Shown here: one piece after another, positions 43,615 through 58,061 of the stretch
Layout of the letters: every line of letters starts with the position of its first letter
Position numbering within the stretch: the stretch's first letter is position 1
From: Veleropilina oligotropha
Taxonomy: Eukaryota
Direction of reading: 5' to 3'
DNA: 64,000 nt
NCBI GenBank assembly: GCA_048128005.1
Contig: JBEUKZ010000075.1
Coordinates: forward strand, 1 to 64,000
Position numbers and translations under genes: made by a program
Notes under the pieces: generated by a model
Databases searched by the model: none
Told to the model about the DNA's origin: nothing
The model's input: the letters and a program-made list of their open reading frames with translations, nothing else

Positions 43615-46600
43615 CTAACTGGGGAGGGCCAAATATAATGACACTTGTTTCTTTGTTGGAAAAGAATGCAGATTCCGAAAATCCTTTTCTTGCAAATCAC
43701 AGCACATGCAAACGTGGTCCAAGAAGCCTTTGAACATGTAGGGGTGATGTGATTTTCTCCCAAATTTTTGTACTTTAATTTATGGTTGCTTGACCATTAA
43801 ATACGTCAGTACTATTAAACCAGGCATGGAATGCTAATACTATTGGAAAGATAATTTAATTGCCTTTCCCATAGTGTATCAGGATTCAATATATGATGGT
43901 TATTTGCCTAAATACGCGCGGTCAAGAATTATATACGCGCGGTCAAGAATATAAATTATTGAGAAAAGACCCATATGTTACATAAAAATTAATTTAAGCT
44001 GACACAAAGCTTACATTCTTGTGTGCATTGACCTGTTATATGCATGTCGTGATCCCTGAATTTTTTTAAAGATGTCTAGAAACCAACATTAACTAAAAGC
44101 ACATTAAAATGAGAAAATCCAAGATAGCCGCCATACATTGATAGAACAATTAAATTTTGCTAATTTCAACATCCCTGCACTCTGACGAGATAAAGAAGGG
44201 ACTTTATGTCACTTGACTGGTTTTCTGATTTTACGTATGCATTTTCATGAATATTTATTGGAAACAAGCACACTGTTTCAAGATAGTCTATGCGAAAATC
44301 CAATATGTCCGCCATAACATTGTTTGAAAATTGAAGGTATTCAATACTTTTGCACTCTTGTGAGATTAAGACAGGATTTTTAGACATTTGACAGGTTTAC
44401 TGATTTTAAGTAAACATTTTCATCAGTATTTGTTCTAAATTAACACATTGTTTCCAGATGGATAATGCGATAATCCAAGATGGTCGCCATTACATACAAG
44501 AAAAATGGCAAATTTCACTATCTTTGCAACCTGACGAGATAATAACACGACTTGCGGGGCATTAGACAGGGTTACTGATATAATGAATACGGTTCCATTA
44601 ATATGTTTTTGAAACAAGTACACTGTTCAAGACGGATAATGCGAAAATCCAAGATGGCCACAACAAAACTGCATGAAAATAGGCAAACTTCAATATCTTT
44701 GCACTCTGGCGATAAAAAGATATCATTTTGGACAGGATTTTTTATCGATGACTGATCTACCAGATGGTAGAAGTAATATGCTACAATCATTTCTGTTTTG
44801 AAGAGGTTGATTTTCATCATTGCATAAGATTGTATCCAATCAGCATCTGGGATCTTACAATTTCGCGGCTTCATAGCACAATGTGAACCGATATCTTGTG
44901 ATATGCAGGATATATTACACGCCTTCCACTCATTTCCGGACCGGACGGAAGCAGACGACCAAGGATCAACTGCCACATTCTGGGTGCTATACTACGATCT
45001 TGTTCTAATATTCATGCTATTCGGCATAGGTTGCAGAAGCAGCGATGTAAACTTTTTAATCCATTGCATTGGTGAAATGCTTGAACATGATGTTGGACCA
45101 AACGGTAAATGTGGTTGCAACATCCCGACTGACGGAAATTTCTGCGTTCCCACAATCAGTGTCTGCATGATACAAGTTGAACGTAACAAGATCATAAATG
45201 GCACCGATAAAATGTCTGGACATACTCATAAATGCGGCGCAACATCCCGAGTGACGGTGATTTCTGTTGTATTCGCAAAATCAATGTCTTTACAACAATA
45301 TTGGATGATAATAAGAAAGGCTCGAAGTGCATTCATCAATGATCTATAATGATACATCTGAAGATTCGTCACATGAAGTCAAAACATATCGCGCCAAATG
45401 TGACATTGCGGACCTACAGTAACTGGTCAGTGTCATCTACTTAATCCGTTTCGGGAACTTGTCAAATATGGCAACCTTTACTGTATTGCCATTAGGAAAG
45501 CAGCGCTAAACACTGTAAAATAGGACACCCTATACACTGCATTCAAATGAGTGGTTAACCGATTTCAGTGATGGTTGCTACGCCGTTTCACAGAGGTTTG
45601 AAATGTCAATATCAAGAATTGAGCATTAAAGATATGAACACAAAAGTAATCGGTTGCACAGAAAACATACTCGATGGGCTACTTTTACTTGCCACGAAAA
45701 TGGCATCCACAGTTCTCACTCTCCTGTCTTTGTATGTCATGTGGATGATACTATGATGAAGTGTGATTAATCTAAGGTGTTTCCAAAGCTAAAGAATAAT
45801 GTGCTAAAGTGAGTAATGTGCCATCTGTGCTAAAGAGTGTAGACATCGTATGTGACATGTAATAATAATAATAAACATTTGTATTGCGCCATACACACGA
45901 ATGCATGCTCACAGCGTTTCATTGATGATCAGATATGAGACTTTTGACCGGCGCATACTCAACAGACCAGATCAGACATGTAGTCGGGGGTTGTTCTGTC
46001 AATGCAGTGGTACGTTATAGATAGCAGCTTGTACTCGATTATCGCCTTCACTGGTAGCCAATGTAGCGCCTTTAGAACCGGAGTGATGTGCTATCTCTTG
46101 TTGGTGAGAGACACTATCCCGGCTGCGGTATTTTGAATCCTTATGAAGCTATTTGTTATCAAGTCCAAACAGGAAGTAATTGCAGTAATCTAATCTTGAT
46201 AAAACCAAGCTCCGAACCAGCGCATGGGCAGCATTCGTTGTTATTTGATGCCTAATGTTGCCAATGGCACGAAGTTGGAAATAACAGGTTCTGATTAGGT
46301 TATCAACCTGAAGTGCCATTGACAGAGTTGATTCAAGGTACACACCAATGTTCTTAACAGATGACGATGGGCGGATCAGAGCATCTCCTATTTTCACTTG
46401 GTTGCATTCGATTTGATTAAGTTGTTGATTGCTGCCGATAATCATAACTTCCGTTTTCGCATCGTTTAGTTTGAGCATTTGCGACGTCATCCATGTCCTT
46501 ATTTCTTGAGTACAGCTTGCAACCTGTTCAGTCGACTCAATGATATCAGAAGTATTGAGCTTATCAACAAGCTGAGTATCATCTGGGTAAGAGTGATGAG

Positions 46601-48606
46601 CGATGTCATATTTGGCGATGAGATTTCCCAGAGGGTTCATGTAAAGCAGAAACAGGATTGGACCTAGAACCGAACCTTGAGACAGTCCACAGTTGAGTAG
46701 CGCTTTGTCAGACTGTTCAGACGCGACAAGGATGGACTGTGATCTGCCTGTGATATATGAACAGATCCAGCTATAAGTACTGGTCCGTCAATACCGATCT
46801 GTAGTATCAAGACTTAGCGGCAATAACACAGCAGGGTACATAGACGCAACAGTACTGACAGACAATTTCGGTGGTGACATATGTGTGGCGCTTTCTGTCA
46901 TCTCAGGATGTAACTTCACTGTCTCGGTTCTACGTAAAGGAAATGTGAAACATGTTGAACATAGGAGAAGTCATGTGACTTTCAATGCGCTTTTGCAAAC
47001 CTTGGATCAGAGTCAGTAAACCTTGGATGAAGATGTGCTCCACACTATCGAAATGTACGTTTGCTCTGTGGAAAGCCAAAGCACATCTCTATGACTGAAA
47101 TTCGCGACGCTCTCTTCTGGGAATAGTACAAGCCGCATGATGAAATCCAACTTCTCCTTAAAATAAAAGATGAAATACAAGCCTTTTACCATTTTGCTGA
47201 TCATTTATCGAGAAAGAAATCATGCATGTATGCAAATTATGCGTCACTTATATGGAGGACTGCAGACAAAGGAAGGTCGATTCAACTACGCCCAGAATAC
47301 TACGGATGAGATATCGAAGCTGGGAGATTATTCGTTCAAGTGATGTGAAGGTGTGCAAATTGCAAGATATTCTTGTGAGAATTCTGACGAGCATGTCTTT
47401 GGCGAATCAGATTATATGACAAAGCAGACTAGACGTTTTTTCTGAGTGTAGATACCATCTTGAAATAAAATAGTGTGTTCGTTTCTAACAAAGTTTGTCA
47501 AATAATCTCCAAATCATATTTTCCTCGCCAGTGGAATTTTCGTGGAGTGTTATAGCGGTCATCTTGGACTTTTCGATTCCCATCCGGAAATAGTGTGCTT
47601 TTTTCAAACAAATATTGATGGAAGTGTATTCCTTAAATCAGTAAGCCTTCGAAATGACATCCAAATCTTGTCTTTATCTCGCCCGAGTGTAATAATATTG
47701 AAATCTGTCAATTTTATATTGAAGTTATGGCTCACTGTAATAGCGACCATCTTGGATTTTATCATTACCCATCTTGAAACAGTGTGCTAATTAAAAACAA
47801 AAATTGATGGAAAAGTATTTCCTTATATCAATAAACCTGTCAAATGACCTGAAAATACTCTCTTTATCTCGTCAAGAGTGCTAAGATATTGAAATTTGCC
47901 AATTTTCGTTCTGTGTATGGCACACCTTTGGGTTATGACGCATGCACACATCAAGTTTCGTGTCCCTCGGTCAAATAGTATAGGAGATATGGAGCGGAAG
48001 GGAATTTTGGATTCAGTGCAGTCAAGCATGAAAAGTAGGTCGAAGTGACCTACTTTCGTTACGCGACACACTTTTGGGTTATGACGCATGCACACATCAA
48101 GTTTCGTGTCCCTGGGTCAAATAGTGTCCGAGATATGGAGCTGAAGGGAATTTGCAACAAACGGACAGACAGACGGATGGACAAGCTGACTCCTATATGC
48201 CCCCCATAAACTTCGTTTGTGGGGGCATAACAAACATATTTACATATATATACAAGCTAATATAAGTCGAAATTTAAATATGAAGTTTCGACGCATCTAT
48301 CGAGGTAAATTTCCACCATATATTGAATCCTGATTCACCATGAGAAAGACAATTGAATTATCTTTCAAATAGTATATTACATTCCATAACTAGTCCAATA
48401 ATACTGACGTAGTTAACGGTTAAGAAACCATACCCCCAAAATAAAAGAACAATAAAGTGGCAGAAAATCAGATCACCCCAACATGTTCAACAGCTTCTTG
48501 GACCACGTTTGCATGTGCTGGAACTTGCAAGAAATGGATTTTCGGAATCTGCATGTTTTTCCAAAAAAAAAAACAAGTGTCATTATATTTGGCCCTCCCC
48601 GGTTAG
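43615..48606. mobile_element. Old ~5-kb DNA transposon with ~290-bp imperfect TIRs and nested repeats
   Basis: 43615-43900 is a diverged reverse complement of ~48310-48606 (ctaactggggagggccaaatataatgacacttg / caagtgtcattatatttggccctccccggttag). Confidence 0.75.
45860..46800 (-). mobile_element. L2-clade LINE RT 3' fragment
   Basis: GLSQGSVLGPILF, YPDDTQL, LKLNDAKTEV, KNIGV, LVLSRLDYCN, LKALHWLPV; (ATT)n-like tail near 45860-45875. Confidence 0.85.
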
Positions 48607-51600
48607 TTCAAAGTGGATCATAGCTCTCGTACTAAAACATGTGCTCCGCTTCACCCAGCCAACTTAAGTGGGTGTTGTTAATTAGTCGTAGCGCTAAATA
48701 ATGGCAGCTTGACTGTAATACTCTCACAGAGAATGGAGATGGATTCTTGATCAGAACAGGCCGTTAAAAACCAGGGATAATATGAGTAATGTCTGCGCTT
48801 AGAGCATGTTTATACGTGGAATACAGTGCATTATAAATGGACTATTATTTTTATTATTATAAATGTGGGAGCACTCATGCAATAAAATGGACATGTCCTA
48901 GTACGAACCTGAACGCTGTTCAAAACGACACAATAAGCTTCGTTCTAAACTAAAATTATTCCAAGTGTGTCTGCAAACCATACACAATGTTCATTCCTTT
49001 CTCTCTGGACATCAAATCATGTACAGAATTTCTTGACAAACTCACCCCCCCCCCCTCCCACCAGAGGCCCATAATAAAGACCAGAGTGCCAAACAATAAT
49101 GCTTCCATTAGTTGGTGATGATGATGAATGGATGTTTAACAACCACGCAAACAGTATTTCAGTTATAAATCGGGTCAATCGACTTTGAATGATGAAATGA
49201 AGTGGTGCTGTGTGCAATGAAGGCAGCGATCATTGGAAAAATCCCCGCCACACTGGGGGCTCGAATCCGTGACCTCCCGTTAGTAGACCAGCACCGTATC
49301 CATTCGGCCATGCTGCACCCCCTCCAGTAGTTGAACGAGATGTCATCAGTGAAACAAGAATTTAGGAAATCAATGCAATGAGAAATCTTGAAGATTCTTT
49401 CGGTTTGGCATAATGTCATGTCTTTAACAGCGTTCAGGTTCAAACCAATAAATCTCCATATTACTGCGGGGATGAAAGTCAAGTCACCAACGAAAATTGT
49501 ACACATTAACCAGTTATAGACCACTGTCGCTGCTAAATCCACAAATGATATGCAATCCGCCCAGTGACGTTATTGCAATCTGCACGGCTGAATTGGAGCA
49601 CCACTTTAATAAACTCGTTTACCGGGTGGAATGGTTTACTGTCGTAGCAGACATAAAAACAACAAACAACTGAATTCAACTACAGTTAACAATTTTATTT
49701 CATACTTGATATATTGATGAAATCTGGAGATGAAATATCCTATATTTATCTTTTACATAATGCACGCCCCTGGTGCCCACCCACGGCCTCTACACATAAT
49801 GCACATCCTATGTGCCCTGTACACATAATACACTCCCTATGTGCCCTCTACACATAAAGTATGCATTGTGCAGACCCTATGTGCTCTCTACACATAATGC
49901 ATGCCCTATGAGCCATGTACACATAATGCATGCCCTATGAGCCATGTACACATAATGCACGCATATATGCCTCTACACATATTGCATGTCCTATGTGCCC
50001 AACCAAGCCAATGATTTGGACACATTACGGGCGAAACAGAATTTCTCGTTGCATAATCTACATTGTGACCATAGGCAGAAAACTGAGATCGGTGTACACG
50101 GCAAAATCAACGTGTTATTTTTATAATGTTAAATTTAAAAGTGTAAATACTCAGAGTATCACGTGCTGTTAATTATCAGAACAAACAAAGTAATTGCCGT
50201 GCTTCACAAAACATTACACATTTGCACCAACTAGTAAACCAAACAGAGTACATTAATTTGTTGGAATTTACCGGTACATATTTAGCTATGGTCTAAATTG
50301 GCATTTATGTAACAATAACAACATACACAGAGATACCTATGCTTTACCGAACATAAATTATGTGAATTTGATGAAGATTATGATCCATGTTATCATTGAA
50401 TTGCTTATTTCAATGTTTTTTCAGAAATTCAGAATATTCGACCATTAAAGGACTTGTGAACACATAATATATTCTGGCTGATAATAATGCTATCGCATAT
50501 ATATTTATTTTCTTATTAGTAGCGCCATGATTTAGATTATCAAAACATGGATACAAAAGATCCTTAGCAAGTCACCCCGAAATTTCCCGAACACTTATTA
50601 GGTGACGACACACTAGACCCACGAATCCCAATGCTATTGTTCCTGTTGAGTAACCAATTTGCGGACAATGATGTTGCCATCGAATTGAAAAGATTCCGAG
50701 CAGCCTTTCCATCGGTGACTTCAAATTCGACCCCTGACCTGAAAATATGACTATTCTTCCGCTGATTGATTATTTCGCCAGGTCAGCTTACAATAAACGC
50801 GGACACTCGTGAAAGACTAACACAACAAATAATATGATAGGAATATGCCGCATAGTCAAATTTTGCTTATATTATGAGGTTTGGTTCACAAATCCTTTAA
50901 TTGTTGGAATTCTAACTGCACCACAGCATTGCTACATGAACGGACAAGGCAAAACTTAACAGCTCTGCACTCGCCTTCTTAACAGATGGCTTCATACAGT
51001 CTAGCACACAAATATATATTAAATAAATAATATCACGTTGTCATGATTACCAGTTATTTAGGTCAATGTTAACTCTCCTTGAACCAAAAATTCGAAGAGA
51101 TAGAATCAAGATAAATACTGGGACAGAAGATATACTACAATTGGATAGAAACCGAGAAGTACAAATTATATAACTTTAAAGAGATCAATTATGCAAAAAG
51201 CTGAGGCGATTTAGCAGAATGCACATTATCATTGGTATATGTAGTACTCAATTTATTATATTTATTGCACTTTCCACAACTTGGCACGACAATGCCTCCA
51301 AAAGGGGAGGTCATCAGACAACATTTGAAGAATTTCAATGTTTAGCAATGATCAGTAGATATTATAGATTGAAGTATTCAGAGAAATGCGATCAATAAGC
51401 AAAGGTTACCTCAAAGGCACATATCATGAAGGATTGGTTGAAATCATGGAGCCGAGGGATTAGAAAACTTCACACCAAATAACATTAGCAGAAAGATTCA
51501 GCAAGATAGTCTCAAAAATATTTAAATAGTGTATTAGAATAATATTAAGAACCGTTTGGTGAAACAAATCTTATATATTTTTTACGGAATATGATCGTGC

Positions 51601-53267
51601 GAGAATTTCAATTCGGGGGATTTTCAAGGATACAATTGTTACTACTTTGAGCAAACAAAAATAAATTAAAAGTCAGAGGAACAACTTTTGCAACTACTAT
51701 TACATCATATGTACACAACAAAAATACTTTCTATATACACGGAATGTACAACAACACCCACCCCAACTACGATATCGGAATGTGGCCAATGAGTGAAATA
51801 CTCATTAAAAACATTATCCACGATCAAATAAAATACCGTAAGAGCGTACACAAAATAAACAAGAAGCTTATTGTCAAACATACAAGCTTGAGGTAGAAAT
51901 CAATACAATACAAGAGTTCGATCCTCAAACCCAAAAGAAGGTAAAGAAAATGATTGCAGTCACATATAATAACAACGTATCTGAATCCAGCGATGCGTGA
52001 AACGCGGACTAGATGGACATTGATGCCAAGATACTCATAAATATTACGTTAAAGTTATTGAATCCCCATCTCGTTGAAGGGTATCAATATTTGATAATTT
52101 GACATCAACAAACAGCAAAAATTCTTCTTACAAGTTCTTTGTTGAATTAACACAGACTTCACAGTAATAGAAATAACTATCAAAGACATGGATGCATTAA
52201 ATTTTGGATTATTTAAATACTGGCGTTATCCAGCGCAAATAAATACCATATGGTGCTATATATTACATACATATTATTATTACATACGTTTCACAATTAT
52301 TATGTGGGTAAAACAATTCAATCGTAAAGCCCAATATATGTCAAATGAGATCATCAGAGGAATGACTAAAATACAGCAGCCACATTCGGATATCAATGCA
52401 TACATGTACAATAGCCCCACAATCGGTGCATGAAAGCTTCCTGCCTAACCTCGAGATATCTCCAGAGAATATGGGGAATTACTGATTATGAATTATGAAT
52501 ATTAAAATGACTGTTTGTCATAGATAGCGTGCAAAATAAATGTTGCTGTGCTTGCAGTATTGAGAAAAATTATTCAGCCATGTTCACAAAAATATTACTG
52601 GAAAAGTAATTTTAAAGCGTAAGGGAAGTTTTCATGCATCGATATCAACAAAATAACAAATTCAACCCTAATACTACAATAACAACTTGGGGAACATCAC
52701 GAAAAATCAGAGGTTTGGAGATTTTAATCCGTCAGGCAGTCGAAGTGCAGTGAATACAATTTATATAATAGAAGCTCATTCAAAATTTTCAATCTCCATT
52801 ATTTTTTAATTCAGAAAACGATATGACCAAACACTCAATGAGATTGCTGTTGATGTCGACATCAAAACAGCCTTTATCCTTTTGAAACATCATTCGCCAA
52901 AATGAATGTTCAAAACAACAAAACACATGACAATTTTGCCATATGAAATTGAATTGCAACTAATGTGATTGTTCATATGTCATGAAAATTGCCTGTTAAA
53001 TTGCTGTTGCAAATTAATCAGGTCTTTCTACTATGAATACCGCAAAGCAAAATCTGTGTCATGAATTTATTCTGCTGCGATATGAACGATAAAACTCTGC
53101 AAATCAAAGATGAAGCTGGATATCTTTTTTATCATAAATAAATATATTTATCTTTGTATATATATAATATATTCACATGGACACCATCACAGATCTATAT
53201 ATATATATTAAGAACACAGTTTAGCACAGGGTAACACGGAGACGCGCACAGCGAGTGTGGAGGAGGT

Positions 53268-53351
53268 CTACTGCCCCATCTTGGCCTCGGCATCGGCCGC
53301 GATGGGCGTGTCATCGCTGAACAGAGGGTTCTTGACCTCCATCTCGCCCGT
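53268..53351 (-). CDS. NPDC1: NPDC1/CAB-1-like protein, last coding exon
   Basis: ttgcag acceptor, then TGEMEVKNPLFSDDTPIAADAEAKMGQ*; phase 0 matches the upstream exon. Confidence 0.88.
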   Translation of the reverse strand, partial: TGEMEVKNPLFSDDTPIAADAEAKMGQ

Positions 53352-54049
53352 CTGCAACGAAAACGGAGATATCGTAAGAAGACATGGAGAATGCAACATT
53401 ATAGCCAGCGTGCAGATCTACCACAAGCTAACTGATTGACAATCTAACAGTTGCAGTGTACAGTATCGGTATTAGCTACTATTGATTTTATAGTGTTATC
53501 GTCATCATGTCGTTCATGCATAGGCCGCCTCGATAGGCATGTGGTATGGAATGCTGAAATCACTGGTTTGATTGCACGAACTAACAGGAGTAGGTTCGAA
53601 TCTTGGTAGGGAACAGTTGTCCGTAATCTGGCTGGAGAGGGCGGGTTTCCCTGCAGGGTGACCAGGATTTTCTCGCGCGATAATATGGACATGTCCTGCT
53701 TTGTAAATATACAGGACATAAGCATCAATCCATGTGCCCATGCAAATATGTGTCAGTCTGTCTGTCTGTCTGCGGCTGTTTCTCTGGACCTACTGGTCCG
53801 ATCACCTTCAAATGTATACACACTTCTGAGTATGCCACAAAACGCAGAAATTCCAAACACCCAAACCCTAATCAGATGAGAATGACGTCATTTCCAGTTT
53901 TAGTTTTGTTCTAGCAGAAACTATCAGTAAAAGAGATTTCTGGATTTCGCCATCATGTTCATTTTTGACCTCTTGATCGCTATGCAATGTCATATACTTC
54001 CACTCATTAATAAGTGGTTGCCATCTCAGATGCTGTAGTTGACAAAAAC

Positions 54050-54980
54050 GAGGCGGTGACTTACTGGAGGGAGGTCGGGACACTCGCAGATGGGGACTTA
54101 TCGGAGTGAGGCTGGGACACACTCGTACACTGTAACTTACCGGAGGGAGGCCGGGACACTCATAGACGGTGGCTTATCGGAGGCAGAGACACTCGCAGAT
54201 GGCGACTTATCAGAGGCAGAGACACTCGCAGATGGTGACTTATCGGAGGCAGAGACACTCGCAGATGGTGACTTAATGGAGGGAGGCAGGAACACTCGTA
54301 GACCGTGACTTACCGGAGGGAGGCCGGGACACTCGTAGACCGTGACTTACCCGAGGGAGGCCGGGACACTCGTAGACGGTGACTTACCAGAGGGAGGCCG
54401 GGACACTCGTAGATGGTGACTTACCGGAGGGAGGCCGGGACACTCGTAGACGGTGACTTACTGGAGGGAGGCCGGGACACTTGCACACCGTGACTTATCG
54501 TACACCGTGACTTACGAAAGCGAGGCTGAGACAGTCATAGATGGTGACTTGCCTGAACGAGACCGGGACACTCGTAGCTGGCGAGTTACCTGAGCAAGGC
54601 CGGGACACTCGTAGATGGCGAGTTAACTGAGCAAGGCCGGGACACTCATAGATGGCGAGTTACCTGAGCAAGGCTGGGACACTCGTAGATGGCGAGTTAC
54701 CTGAGCAAGGCCGGGACACTCGTAGATGGCGAGTTACCTGAGCAAGGCCGGGACGCTTGTAGGCAGACATACCGGGGCGAAACCAGGACACTCGTAAATG
54801 GTGACTTACGAAACTAGATCGAGAGATTGTGACTTACCGGGATGAAACGGGGACAATAGCGAACTGATTTACCAGAGTGAGACCGGGACACTCGTAGAAG
54901 GTAACTTACCGGAGCGAAGCCGGGACACACACGTACACCGTGACTTACCGGAGCGAGGCCGGGACACTCGTAGACGGTGT
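54050..54980. repeat. Minisatellite (33-37 bp units) derived from the NPDC1 exon end plus splice donor
   Basis: Unit gtgacttaccggagggaggccgggacactcgtagac(c/g) is the reverse complement of YECPGLxP codons + GTAAGTCAC. Confidence 0.9.
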
Positions 54981-55048
54981 AATCTCCCTCCTCATTCTCT
55001 TCGTCGGAATCTTCATCCGACGCATCATGCTTCATCTCTCCATTCGCC
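54949..55048 (-). CDS. NPDC1: NPDC1/CAB-1-like protein, penultimate coding exon
   Basis: ttttcag acceptor, ANGEMKHDASDEDSDEENEEGDYTVYECPGLAP, GTAAGT donor. Confidence 0.92.
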
Positions 55049-56043
55049 CTGAAAACAGACAAACTCATCATGAAGGCACACGTTACGCTACTGGTATGAC
55101 TTACTTCATTCTATGGTTAGCTGCTGGTTCCATAGTGATTCATCGGCGCATCATGTAATTTTTCAATAGTGCAGCAATGTCCAAATAACGTCATGGTACG
55201 CTTATATGTCTATTACAATATTAACGTGGCATCGTTTGTTCAAGTATCCAGTTTACATTTCAAGTGATATCTTCTGCGGTTGTACTGACACAATGTCAAC
55301 AGCGCTTACTGGCTATTTTGAATTGGTGCCAAATGTCCAATGTTAAATAACACACATTGAAATTTGTTCAAATTATTGCCTGGGAAACCACCCCTGCACC
55401 AGCCAGTAATGGACAACTGTTACTGGTAATTGAACAAGGCACACATTGGAGGATTCAAACCCACTCAGTGACTCTTCTTAATCAGTGCAGTAAACTTACT
55501 ATAAGCCACACTCTTATCAACTAGACAGCGCTTGCGGGCATTTACATAGTAATCTTCGTTATCCGTGCCAGCCACCAGGTTCAAAATCTACATCGAGCAA
55601 TTTTAATGTAATGATTTTCCGACTCTGCAGCCCGGTCCTTGAACTGTTGAGCATATCGTCCCATTAGCCTTCGTCAGTTATTGATCACGGCTGTTAAGTC
55701 CGTAATGTCATCAAACTCACACATTCAGGAGAGAGGATCGATCTTAACATTTCACGACATGTATACTAACATATGTTAACTTTATAATATGGACACTGTT
55801 TTCGTCTGCTAAAGTTGGAGAATTAGTGGTAAACATTTTGTTCATCTTATCACTAACATTTCCCTTTGGGACGTATTTCACTAAATGTTCATACATATGA
55901 GGAACTCTTATGTTTGAGTACTCACAACTTGAATTCGTAACTTGATAAAATGAACGTACTACTGTTCTCGATATTTATGAATGGTAGGCTGATGTAAGAG
56001 TCCCTGATTTCTATGCCTGACCCCTTTTCACATCCCAACTTAC

Positions 56044-56208
56044 TTCTCCAGTGCAATCATCTGCTGCTTCTGGTGCTGATAGTGATACATCTGTGCGCTC
56101 TGCGCGAGCTTGCGGTCGCCTGGCGACTGTGGCCTCTCTTTGATTGGCCCGGTCACGCCGTACGCTGGGTAATCCACCTCACTCGCCGCTTTCACGTTCT
56201 TCTGCAGT
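56044..56208 (-). CDS. NPDC1: NPDC1/CAB-1-like protein, internal exon (no further upstream exons identified in the window)
   Basis: ccctgcag acceptor, LQKNVKAASEVDYPAYGVTGP...GDRKLAQSAQMYHYQHQKQQMIALEK, GTAAGT donor; phases join correctly. Confidence 0.92.
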
Positions 56209-58061
56209 CTGCAGGGAAAAAATAGCATAATCAGCTTTCAGTAATTTATTTGTTAACTTAATACAAAATGTCTAACATCTTGAAACATGGGGTACTAATG
56301 CCATCCAATGTTAAATTTCTTATTCAAAACAAGACAATCAGAGATTGCAAACTTTTGCCCAGGTGACACATAACACGATGGTGAAATCACGAAATCTCTA
56401 TGACTAATAATTTACTCACTTGAGTAGAAAAGTTAAAACGGAAATGACATCTTAAAATCTGGATCCCGACACGGATTGGGATAATTTTTGGTAAGTATTT
56501 CCAGGTTTATTTGACGGAAATCGGACAAGCAGATTCCAATAAACACTGTGGACAATAATGATATACACATATAAACCAACGCAATTATAATACTTTCTTC
56601 CATCATTATGTGGGTGCCACTTAGAGTTGGGTACCACAGGAAATCGAGTACAGTGTACTGCGATATACCGTGGTTTTAACCTCTATACCGCGATTTGTAC
56701 CACGGTATACTGCACAGAAAATCGTTTCGTTAGTAAAACATTTGGCATTGTCATACACAATGTGTCATATACGTGACACAATGTGTCATATACGTGGCAC
56801 CATTTCAGGTTTGTAAACCAAAATTGGCATATCAGTAGCATAGATGTTTAGAAATATTATGACACTTGATGGACGTGGTGAGTTTGTCAAATGGCCTGTC
56901 AGTGTCACGTGACGCCAAAGTAATTATACGTACCATATATGTAAAATAAGTGAATATAGAATAATTGTCACAATACTTATTTGTACCACAAATAACATGC
57001 TTTATTTGAAAAACATTACAGCTGTGCACCTTAGGGTCTATTGTTAACTTTAATTGGGTTATTTATCTTTTAGAAACTATGGTTCCTACCCCTAGTAGTA
57101 CGCATATTTTCTATGCCTACAATGTTATTTGTAATGTATTAACTACTGTTCAATATCTTCGTGTCTGGCTTTCTTTACGAATCCGAATGATGTTGAGGAA
57201 TTGATGTTTAATGATCACAGTAAACAGAGACTTCAAAGTAGGCCTACTATCGTAACATATGAATTACGATAAATTCTCCAAATATCAAAATAAATACTTT
57301 CAATTATTAAATACAAAATAGTTTCCTTGATTGCTAATTTTTTTAACATTATGAGGCATTTAAAGTAGGTTGGGCCTGTAAATAGTAGATACTGAAAAAA
57401 CGAGGCGTGTGGCTGTAATACAATTAGTAGTCATGTATCTACACGAAGCGGGAACACCATGTGCATATTGACGATAAAGGGAAAAGTTATATTTTCACGG
57501 AATAAAGACGAAATTTACAATGTGACATGCTAAAGAAGACGAATAATATGATTTGGTAGCGTTTGGTAAGTTTGAGGAATAGTTACCTTATTGTAATGTT
57601 TTCTCTTAGCGCTGTATCGCCAGAACTTTTCTTGAGCAAATTATTGTTTTATTATTGACCTTTTCTAAAACGCGCAGCCGTTGACTACTGGATCCGTGAG
57701 CTATCAATGATACGTGATACATGTTTATAGCTACTCAACCTTAACATTATTTAGTCTTGTAAAATACCGATTTAGTACCGGTACTGGCAGACGTACCGCG
57801 GTACGTACCGACTTGCATTGAGAATCGCGGTATACAGGTTAAACCGCGCACCTCTAGTGACAGTAATTAAAAATCTTGATAATATATTATTATAATAATA
57901 CAACTAATATTCCCTGAGTCTCTCTCTGCATGTATAGTTATACAAAATAAAATAATACAGTAAATAAATGTAACTATAAATCCAAGTGATTTACCTAATA
58001 TAATATATTATTAGGTTGCCAATGTGTGGCATTGGAAATAATGTATGACTATGTGCATCAA

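Noticed and set aside
49690..53267. Long NPDC1 3' UTR ending near a minus-strand AATAAA at ~49694
   Set aside because: Plausible, but cannot be supported without transcript data.
54050..54980. CRISPR-like regular repeats
   Set aside because: No unique spacers, eukaryotic context; this is a tandem minisatellite.
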